From: Nemertoderma westbladi | Lineage: Eukaryota; Animalia; Xenacoelomorpha | Reading direction: 5' to 3' | Length of the DNA stretch: 56,504 nt | NCBI GenBank assembly: GCA_032718475.1 | Contig: JAUCBJ010000522.1 | Coordinates: forward strand, 1 to 56,504 | In this document: piece after piece, positions 38,512 through 48,045 of the stretch | How positions within the stretch are numbered: position 1 is the first letter of the stretch | Layout: each line of letters begins with the position of its first letter | Translations under genes and position numbers: made by a program | Notes under the pieces: model-generated | Databases searched by the model: none | The model's input: the letters and a program-made list of their open reading frames with translations, nothing else | Told to the model about the DNA's origin: nothing

Positions 38512-38935
38512 ATATTTATAATGTAATAGAACAACAATATGATAATGCTCTCAAAAGCGAAGAATATCAACCGACCCTATTGGGGCTCGAACCCGATACA
38601 TTGGTTTCAAACTTCCGGTTATCATCAGCCGGGTGTTTGTGTCCTAAGAGAACTGAGCTACCAGGACTGGTGAAGAATTTTATTAGCTATGGAGTGTGGG
38701 AAATCGTATTTGGCCTTTAACTAATCACCCAAAGGAAAGTACAACGTAACACCATAGCAAATAATTTATTTTCCCGTCCTGGTAGCTCTGTTGTCTTAGG
38801 ATACGCACACATAAGCTGATGATAACCGAAGTTTGAAACCTAGGTACCGGGTTCGAGCCCCAATTGGGTTGGTTGATATTTGCTCTCGCTATGGAGAGCT
38901 ATTTATTATCATTATAATTATTACATTATAAATAC
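38512..38935. mobile_element. Hairpin element with two inverted tRNA-like arms
   Basis: 38515-38697 is the imperfect reverse complement of 38748-38932. Each arm has an A-box-like TGGTAGCTC(A/T)GTT and a B-box GGTTCGAGCCC. Confidence 0.7.
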
Positions 38936-40089
38936 AATATTTGCCAGCCATTTTTTATAATAGTTTTAATGAGTGTATTGTAAAGCTTTAAAAATTGTAT
39001 ATTATTGGACCGCGTTCGTGGCGTTGTATTCTTAATAATAAGATGGTGGGCGAAAAATTATGTGTTTAGAAACGATTGAATGAAGCATGAAGAATGGAAT
39101 GAATTTGGCGACGGTGTCGGTTTTTTGTTAAAACGATAACGTGGATTGGATATGGTTATATTCTTTTTATATGGTGGACTGGCCAATCAACAAATGGTCA
39201 TATTTTCGCGGGAGATTTAATTTTCATAAGACAGTTGTGTTATTATTATTGCTAAAAGTAAGTACCGCGCCTACCGGTCAAGGCACAAGGCCTACGTACT
39301 GCCGCATGTCTGAAATCAGTACTTTAGCTGCTGTCAGAGTATTGCAGAATTAAAGTACCGGTGTTGTACTTTGACAGTTGTAATTTTACAGTACGGATGT
39401 AGTTGTACTTTTGTTTGGGTGTTTCCACTTTCCAGATAGGGTTGTACTGAATGGTTGTTGCTCGGGAATGTCACGAAATGCGGCTCTATCCTGAATCCGT
39501 ACCAGTGATAATCTCCTCTCCCCTGTCAACATTTTTTATCAGAACGCTCCTAAAATTTTAACAGGCTTTGTTCAACCTATAGTGACCAACTTGGAAAACA
39601 AAAATTTCAATTTATTGCTAATACCGCTTCGCGCAGCACGTCACAAACTCAAGAGTTCTTATATTTTTTGTAAAAAATCTAATTTTAAAATGAGCGACAT
39701 TTACTCAATTTTCATTAAATATAACTGAAATTCGATATACAGACAGTCCAGCATAGGTACTTAATGATGTTAAAAAAATTTGTCATGAGAGATAGTTTTT
39801 CCCTTCGTGCAGCACGTGAGAAAAAATATTGTCCCAATGTATATTTTTCATGAAGTACGCACTTCTCCTGCAGTCCTGACTGCCTGAGGTGGACTACACA
39901 CAACTCATAGGCCTAAATCATATGTCCAGTACATTGTGCAATGGATATGGAGGGTATGTCTACTGCAGTACTGTAATTACTGCTGTAGCTGTACAGCATT
40001 CCGTACCGGTACCGGCACCGGTACTGCTGTATGCCTACTGTGTAGCCTACCATTTAAATACGGTACTGGTAGGCCTACCGGCTGACCGG

Positions 40090-40705
40090 TTGTTTTGGTT
40101 AGAAAATCCCGCGTAGTTCAGTAGTTAGAAAATCTGTAACCTGTTCCTTTCCTTCATTTTGTAAAGTGACTGTTTATTGTTTTGGTTAGAAAAGGCCCGC
40201 CTCTGTAACCTGCTCCTTTCCTTCATTTTGTAAAGTGACTGTTTATTGTTTTGGTTAGAAATCCCACCTCTGTAACCTGCCCCTTTCCCTCAATTAATTA
40301 AGTGATCGTTTATTGTTTTGGTTAGGAAATCCCGCCTCTGTAACCTGCTCCTTTCTCTCAATTGGTAATGTTATCGTTTATTGTTTTGGTTAGAAAATCC
40401 CGTCTCTGTAACCTGCTCCTTTCCCGCAGGCAGGCAGGCATAGATAAATAGCAGAATGGTAATTAAACTTAAACGTATAAGTTTTTCTCCACAGGCATAA
40501 ATAGCCAGAATGGTAATTAAAAGTATAAGTCTTTCTCCACAGGCATAGATAAATAGCCAGAATGGTAAATAAAAGTATAAGTCTTTCGCCACAGGCATAG
40601 ATAAATAGCCAGAATGGTAAATAAAAGTATAAGTCTTTCGCCACAGGCATAGATAAATAGCCAGAATGGTAATTAAAAGCATAAGTGTTTCACCACGGGC
40701 ATAGG
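40090..40705. repeat. Adjacent ~67-bp and ~52-bp minisatellites upstream of the ENT gene
   Basis: ttgttttggttag..aatcccgcctctgtaacctg is repeated ~5 times. aggcatagataaatagccagaatggtaa.taaaagtataagtc is repeated ~5 times. Confidence 0.85.
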
Positions 40706-41278
40706 GAAAATCGACAAAAAAATTGCCCCCACTGGTACGGATTCAGGTCATTACCCGAAATGCAGTACCCCCTACTGCCCTACCGCCTACCATACATTTT
40801 ATTGGGCAGTTTACAGTCGTAGCGGCCTACATCCTAATTAAAATTATCATGTACCGTAAGTACTGAAGTAACCCTAACCATACTGCATTACTGCCCATTT
40901 AGCGGAATTTGTTAGATTATGATTTTTTGTTCTTTAGATTATGTCTGTTTTTTCGTGATAGTATCTTTGTAATGATTAGTGGGCGCTGGGTGGCGCATGG
41001 TGCATGGCGGGCGCCGGGCGGCGGCGGGTAGTCATTACTGCATTACGCACATAGCACCGTGCTGATGTGATCGCTCAACGCTAATAGATCATGGTAATTT
41101 AGGTAAACCATAAGTTGTGTGTCCTCTGTTTGGGCAGATAGGTCTGTAGCCTGTAGGCTGTAGGTGCATTCTGAATTTAATTTGAGATTTGACGCAAAAT
41201 TCACTACCTAACAAAAAAACATCCGGAAACTCCAAGTATTTTTAAAACGGTTCCGAAATCGGTAGCGCAACCGAGGTG

Positions 41279-42679
41279 ATGGAGAACTCGGAAGATGACG
41301 GAATTACTGAGCCGTTGTTAGAAAACACCACCGATTACATAGCTGACAAGGAAGAGAGCAGACAACTGGGGATACTCAAACCAAAAGATCGTTACCGTAT
41401 GGTTTACATAACAATGGTAGTAATGGGAATGGGAACCTTGTTACCCTTCAATATGTTTATCACTGCCAACGCCTATTTCAATTACAAATTCCGCAATACA
41501 AGTTTACCATGGCCCACACCACTCAATGCAACCTCCACAAATCTGCAGTCCTCATTCGAAAACTACTTTAACATCGCATCGCAAGTTCCTTTAGTACTAA
41601 CATTGATAGTGAACACGGGTCTGGTCCACATTATAAAAGCGAAGTTTCGGATTCTGGCGGGCGTATTACTGTGCGTAGTCTGCGTGGCAGTCACGGCAAC
41701 GCTGGTAAAAATAGACACGGATTCCTGGCAAACAGAATTCTTTATCGTAACTCTCGTAATTTTGGTTTTTATGACGGCGAGCGGGGGTCTGTTTCAGGGC
41801 GCTATAATGGGGGCGGTCGGTGTATTTCCTTTCTTATACATGCAGGGCGTGATGGTTGGCCAAGGAGTAGCCGGCACTTTCGTGTCACTAGCGAGTATAG
41901 TAAGTCTAGCTATAGGCGCCAGTGAGCCAATCAATTCCGCTCTGATATACTTCCTGATCGCGACAGCGAGTATAGTTATATGCCTGGTGATGTACGTACT
42001 CCTGCCTTTATCGGAGTTCTACCGACATTACACAAGGGTCGGGCTGCTATTCCGTCGACTATCCACCGCTCATCTCGCCATTAATTCCACCTCCCCAATG
42101 GGCCGGAGACGATCCTCATCAATGGCGATTCTCCAACATACCTTGACCCCGTTCCCCTCCATCTTCCGCACCATATGGCCCTTCGCGCTATCTGTTTTCC
42201 TGATTTTCTTCGTGACGCTCAGCATCTTCCCAGCCCTCACCGCCCTCACTAGGTCCCAGTATCCCGGGACAACCTGGGGGGACACCTACTTCATTCCAGT
42301 TGGCTGCTTCCTTATGTTCAATGGTGGCGACTTCCTGGGGCGGTGTTTAGCCGGCTTCCTACATATATTTAAATCATCTCCGTACTGGCTGTTAACCTGC
42401 TGTGCTCTGCGCATCGTCTATGTCCCACTGATTATGCTCTGTAACTCATCAGAACGTCACTACCTCCCCACCCTTCTCCCTTACGATTGGCTGTACCTTA
42501 TCATCATGCTCACTATCGGTCTCACTAACGGTTACTTCGCCTCCCTTACCATGATGTACGCCCCGAAGAAAGTGAAACCCCTAGACGCTGAGTCTACGGG
42601 AACTTTAATGGCATTCTTCCTATCGTTTGGACTCGCTGCCGGGGCAACTATATCATTCGCATATAAATTATTATTGTAG
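41279..42679 (+). CDS. Equilibrative nucleoside transporter (SLC29A1/2/3-like), intronless CDS, nested antisense in a PSMC3 intron
   Basis: PKDRY..VY....MGMGTLLPFNMFITA, GQGVAG, VTLSIFP, FNGGDFLGR, LRIVYVPLIMLCN, TNGYFASL.MMYAPKKV; about 11 hydrophobic segments. ATG at 41279. Confidence 0.93.
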   Translation: MENSEDDGITEPLLENTTDYIADKEESRQLGILKPKDRYRMVYITMVVMGMGTLLPFNMFITANAYFNYKFRNTSLPWPTPLNATSTNLQSSFENYFNIASQVPLVLTLIVNTGLVHIIKAKFRILAGVLLCVVCVAVTATLVKIDTDSWQTEFFIVTLVILVFMTASGGLFQGAIMGAVGVFPFLYMQGVMVGQGVAGTFVSLASIVSLAIGASEPINSALIYFLIATASIVICLVMYVLLPLSEFYRHYTRVGLLFRRLSTAHLAINSTSPMGRRRSSSMAILQHTLTPFPSIFRTIWPFALSVFLIFFVTLSIFPALTALTRSQYPGTTWGDTYFIPVGCFLMFNGGDFLGRCLAGFLHIFKSSPYWLLTCCALRIVYVPLIMLCNSSERHYLPTLLPYDWLYLIIMLTIGLTNGYFASLTMMYAPKKVKPLDAESTGTLMAFFLSFGLAAGATISFAYKLLL

Positions 42680-42786
42680 AGATTGAATAGGTGTGCAATT
42701 ATATGAAACAGTTAATTTTAAATATTTTATTGTGACACACCAAATTATTAAGTATCTAGGATAATTTGATAATAATTATACGATAA

Positions 42787-43401
42787 GGGGCCGTGCACAA
42801 ATGATGTCATGCTTTTTTTTTACGATTTTCGAACCCCTTCTCTCCTCTGTCACAATCGGTCACGAATTTTGTAATCCCCTCCCCCCTTGAACGTCACGTC
42901 CCACGTCACAAAAAATACCCAGTATAGTTAATAAAAAATGGGAAAATTTAAATTATTTTGTTATTAAAACTAAATGTTAATACTTCATTAATTCAGCGGT
43001 ACACAATGACTAAACAAGGACTCATGGGAATGACGACATCTGAGTTTCGACATCGATCACCGGAAGTGCACCAGGTATACGACCGACTATTGTGCCACTT
43101 CCTGGGTCCAACTCTACCTCGTCCTTATCTTCCCAGTCAATGTGATGTTCTTCATCTTTATCGAAACTTAGAATTAACACTTTATCGCCTCGATTCGCGA
43201 TTACTTGAATAGATTTCACTTTGGCTGTTGATGTTGGTGTTATGTATTTTATTTGTTCACCAAAGTGCTATTGTGACGTCACAAGCATAGCTACCCCCCC
43301 CCCCCCGCCCCCATGTCAGAAATTGTCACAAAATTGCAACCCCCCCCCCCCCCCCTCCCCCCCCCCCCCCTTTGACCGTGACATCAGTTGTGCACGGTCC
43401 C
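42787..43401. mobile_element. PIF/Harbinger-type MITE
   Basis: GGGGCCGTGCACAAATGATGTCA / TGACATCAGTTGTGCACGGTCCC termini with TAA / TAG flanks. Same architecture as 56008-56479. Confidence 0.75.
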
Positions 43402-43571
43402 TAGGCTATATAATATTATATTTATTGCATAATTTTGTATAAATTTAGTCGATTAAATATTTATTCATTTAATTTATTTCATTGTTTATCAATAATTTAT
43501 CAGTGCCCAAAATTAATCCACTTACCGGTATATATATATCAGTTAAACAAATCAATTTCAAATTGCGTGAA

Positions 43572-44338
43572 AGGGGGCGGGTTAAACAGGTGGATAGGGG
43601 GCGGGTTAAACAGGTTGGTGGGGGCGGGTTAAACAGGTGGATGGGGGGCGGGTTAAACAGGTGGAAGGGGGCGGGTTAAACAGGTGGGTGGGGGCAGGTT
43701 AAACAGGTGGATGGGGGCAGGTTAAACAGGTGGGTTCGGCAGGTTAAACAGGTGGATGGGGGCAGGTTAAACAGGTGGATGGGGGCAGGTTAAACAGGTG
43801 GGTGGAGGCAGGTTAAACAGGTGGATGGGGGCGGGTTAAACAGGTGGATGGGGGCGGGTTAAACAGGTGGATGGGGGCAGGTTAAACAGGTGGATGGGGG
43901 CAGGTTAAACAGGTGGGTGGAGGCAGGTTAAACAGGTGGATGGGGGCGGGTTAAACAGGTGGGTTCGGCAGGTTAAACAGGTGGATGGGGGCAGGTTAAA
44001 CAGGTGGATGGGGGCAGGTTAAACAGGTTGATGTGGGGCGGGTTAAACAGGTGGATGGGGGCAGGTTAAACGGGTGGATGGGGGCAGGTTAAACAGGTGG
44101 ATGGGGGCGGGTTAAACAGGTGGATAGGGGGCGGGTTAAACAGGTTGGTGGGGGCGGGTTAAACAGGTGGATGGGGGGCGGGTTAAACAGGTGGATGGGG
44201 GCGGGTTAAACAGGTGGGTGGAGGCAGGTTAAACAGGTGGATGGGGGCGGGTTAAACAGGTGGATGGGGGCAGGTTAACAGGTGGGCGGGGGCAGGTTAA
44301 AAAGGGGATGGGGGCAGGTTAAACAGGCGGATGGGGGC
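43572..44338. repeat. 23-bp G-rich minisatellite (GGGGGCRGGTTAAACAGGTGGAT, ~33 copies)
   Basis: Directly visible tandem array abutting the next array. Confidence 0.95.
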
Positions 44339-45004
44339 TAGAATAATGTTCAGCCACCTTCCAACACTAACCATAGAATACTGTTCAGCCACCTTACAAC
44401 ACTAACCATAGAATACTGTTCAGCCACCTTCCCTAGCCACCTTCCAACACTAACCATAGAATACTGTTCAGCCACCTTCCCTAGCCACCTTCCAACACTA
44501 ACCATAGAATACTGTTCAGCCACCTTCCCTAGCCACCTTCCAACACTAACCATAGAATACTGTTCAGCCACCTTCCAACACTAACCATAGAATACTGTTC
44601 AGCCACCTTCCCTAGCCACCTTCCAACACTAACCATAGAATACTGTTCAGCCACCTTCCAACACTAACCATAGAATACTGTTCAGCCACCTTCCAACACT
44701 AACCATAGAATACTGTTCAGCCACCTTCCCTAGCCACCTTCCAACACTAACCATAGAATACTGTTCAGCCACCTTCCCTAGCCACCTTCCAACACTAACC
44801 ATAGAATACTGTTCAGCCACCTTCCCTAGCCACCTTCCAACACTAACCATAGAATACTGTTCAGCCACCTTCCAACACTAACCATAGAATACTGTTCAGC
44901 CACCTTACCAACACTAACCATAGAATACTGTTCAGCCACCTTCCAACACTAACCATAGAATACTGTTCAGCCACCTTCCAACACTAACCTGAGTATTGTT
45001 CAGT
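44339..45004 (-). repeat. 35/48-bp minisatellite (15 full units) made of PSMC3 exon end + 5' splice site
   Basis: Sense unit GCTGAACAGTATTCTATG|GTTAGTGTTGGAAGGTG versus the real junction ACTGAACAATACTCAG|GTTAGTGTTGGAAGGTG at 44989/44988. A 297-bp higher-order period is visible in the ORF track (44350 and 44647). Confidence 0.92.
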
Positions 45005-45157
45005 TGGCCTTTCATCTACTTCCATCGCTTTTACTCGTGTATCATACTCGGCTGGAAGTTTCTCCAGGATCAGATATGAATCTTTATTAACGCCAACCAA
45101 ATCACCTGGCTTTAAATCCTCCGGCTCCACAAGCCCAATTACAGGCAGGAAATACGT
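44989..45157 (-). CDS. PSMC3: PSMC3/Rpt5 internal exon (OB domain; not in the ORF track)
   Basis: [56 protein letters not shown](D). Acceptor tttacag, donor gttagt. The phase-1 end joins AT at 19295 to make the Asp of YSDIGG. Upstream exons were not found in the window. Confidence 0.96.
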
Positions 45158-45514
45158 CTGTAAATGAAACAGATATTAATGAAGGTCAATTTATACTGTC
45201 TCATTTTACTACCTGTTGCTTCGATGTTGGGCGAGACATTACTTGCAGAGAGAGCCGTTAGCGATGATGGGCTGGTTCAGTGAAATAAGGGAAACATGTT
45301 GATTGTTAGTTATGTTGTATTGCCAAAACTTATATTATATCACAAGTATAGTTTTTAATAAGTAATAATTTTTATTTATTATTAATGAACAATTTTTAAA
45401 GGTAAAATTCATTTTGTACATTCAAATCATAGTAAATTCCACAGGATAAAATACAGCCGGAGATGTATATTACATAAAATACGGCAGGGCGCTATAAATA
45501 GATAGCTGTATTGG

Positions 45515-46025
45515 TGAAAAATATCGAGTAAAAATTTCTTGAATAAAAATATCGCGAGTAAAATACATTTTTATGGTAGCTAATGTTTTTACAAAAACTA
45601 TAGCTATAAAAAAATATATTTTTTTTTAGATAAGACATTGTTTATTTTAGTTTCTATGGTAGGCCTACTATAAATAGTTTCCAAGCATTTTCATTGGGAG
45701 CTAGTGTTTTTACAAAAATAATGTTAATTTTAGTTTTATTTTTGTTTATTTTAGTAGCTAGTTTTTCATTCCAAAAATTATGGCTAATTTTACTCGCGAT
45801 ATTTTTTACTTTCGATATTTTTACTCTCGATATTCTTACTCTCGATATTTTTACTCTCGATATTTTTACTCGCGATATTTTTAAACTCGCGATATTTTTA
45901 CTCTCGATATGTTTACTCTTGATATTTTTACTCTCGATATTTTTTACTCTCGATATTTTTAAACTTCCGATATTTTTACTCGCGATATTTTTACTCGCGA
46001 TATTTGTCATGTCTCGATATTTTTC
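45515..46025. repeat. ~14-bp tandem array (ATATTTTTACTC(G/T)CG) with inverted copies at the left; probable MITE
   Basis: Units at 45790-46003; inverted aaaatatcg(cg)agtaaaa at 45517-45563. Confidence 0.7.
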
Positions 46026-46068
46026 AATATAACCGTTTGAAGGCGTTAGACAACACCAGGATGGGACG

Positions 46069-46779
46069 CTACTTTGACAGTTAACTTTGAAAGTCCTCAG
46101 CAAGTCTCTGATCGGATGAGCATAAGCTCAAAGGATGGTATGCTTGAGTATGTGGACGACTTCTGTTACCTGGGATCATGGATCCGGAAGGCAGGTGAGG
46201 ACCTTCGAATACGTAAGGGAAAGGCATGAGCAGCCTTGAATAGGCTTTCCAGGATTTGGAAGTCACAGAGAATTAATCGGAAACTTAAGGTCTGATTATT
46301 TAGAGCAGCAGTAGTTCCAGTACTCCTCTATGGGAGTCCATGCTGGGCTCTAACTGCTGAGGACACCAAATCTCTGGATGGCACATTCACAAGAATGCTA
46401 CGCCGGGTTCATTGTGTCAAGTACAATGCACACATCTCCAACCAGACACTATATAACATTGGAGGTGTCTCATTGGTTCCCCCAAGCTTGACACTAGAAC
46501 AAAATCGCCTCCGCATTGTAGGATATTGCTTTCGCCCTGAGGACCAACCAGTGCATAATCTTGTACTTTGGCAGCCTCATGGAGTGAATAAGCATGGTGG
46601 ACAGCCCATGACTTTCTTGAGACGCATCTTAAAGGACACTGGCCTTGAAGATGCGGATGATCTAGCAAATGTCATGGGTGATAGGGAGTTGTGGCGGTGC
46701 AATTTTGTCGACAATCCGGCACATCATTCTTAAAAATGCAGCTGCAATGCAGCATGCCGATCCTAGTAGTAGTAGTAGT
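46069..46779 (+). mobile_element. 5'-truncated RTE-like LINE, copy B
   Basis: Near-identical to copy A in opposite orientation, with in-frame stops (KA*, V*L). (TAG)n tail. 11-bp TSD AGGATGGGACG at 46058-46068 and 46780-46790. Confidence 0.9.
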
Positions 46780-48045
46780 AGGATGGGACGACCAAGATGT
46801 GATCGATCAAGAAAAGAAATACAACCACATCGCGGCAAGCTGGCTGGCTCACTGCCGTGAGCTGTCAGACTGTAAACATTTTGAAGTGATTACAAGGCAC
46901 CTACCTAGTGCTACCGGTTTTACAAAAGCTTGAAATGTATTACATAAATACATACACAGATACCAGCCTCTTAGGGATGAGTTTTTCGGAAATATGCTTC
47001 AAAGGAAATTACCATTACCGGAAAGTATACTTCACCCGTATTTTCAACCACTAAAGCCAATATCGTAACCACTTCAACGCCAGGGATGGTATAACGAAAC
47101 TAAATAAATTTCAATTTCGTTTCGTTTTAAAAATTTAGTTTCATTTTAGTTTCTACAAATCCGATCAAATATTCGTTTCTTTTCGATTGTTATCAATCTA
47201 TGAAATCTTCGTTTCGTTTAAAACAATAAATACATTTTAAATTCGCTTTTAGTTTCGTATTTTTTTCTAAAATTTGTAATTTTATCAAATAAAACATTTA
47301 AATATAACGACTTGATATTGTAGTTAGTACAATCAAGGCTTGGTACAATATAGTAAATCAATTTAATTAATAAACATCTTCGGACAGGGGGAGCGGGTGG
47401 GTCTGAATATCGGGAATTTACTCGGACGTCCTTTATGGATGCCTCGCCCCCTAAGCTGCTCAAATAAATTAGCTACAAAATAATATATAACTTTACAATA
47501 GACGTAAAATTAAATCGTAATTTCAGGACAAACCATTATTGGCCACTTTTAAGCAGATTGACCCTAGTGTAGTGCCTCATTACAGTTCTAACTGTAGTCC
47601 ACCATAGGCTGTGGTATGGTATGGTTGCTATATAGTACAGGTAGCGCTGGTAGGCAAAAGGTTGCTGTATTAGGTAGGCCTGAAGGAAATTATTTACTGT
47701 TTACTTTACGTTCAATTATGGAATATTATTTTACTATTTTATATATTATTAAATTTACATCGTAATGATTAATTACTTGTTAATTTTTAACTTCGATTTT
47801 CGTGTTTACGTTATTTTTTTGTTTTGTTATGCCATGCCTGTTCAACACCACGAAGCAGGAGTCACTTGTTTCTAGCGTTTAATCTACTTGTGTTTTCCAA
47901 TATGTGTTTTTAGAATGTGTATCTAGGGTTTATGAATACAGAAAATTACCCATGAAACTTTTAAAAGTTTCGATTTTTTTTGCGAAATATAATGATTTTT
48001 TTAAAATGTTATGTATTTTTTAAATTGAACAATGCAGGGGGTGGA

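Noticed and set aside
38780-38860. Hammerhead ribozyme (CTGATGA...GAAA present in both arms)
   Set aside because: Stem II closes with a T-T mismatch and no consistent stem I/III pairing could be built in both arms. An Infernal search with hammerhead models would settle it.
45211-45250. Candidate upstream PSMC3 exon ending ...PTSKQQ|GT
   Set aside because: Does not match the conserved KGKCAVIKTSTRQ, and there is an in-frame stop just upstream.
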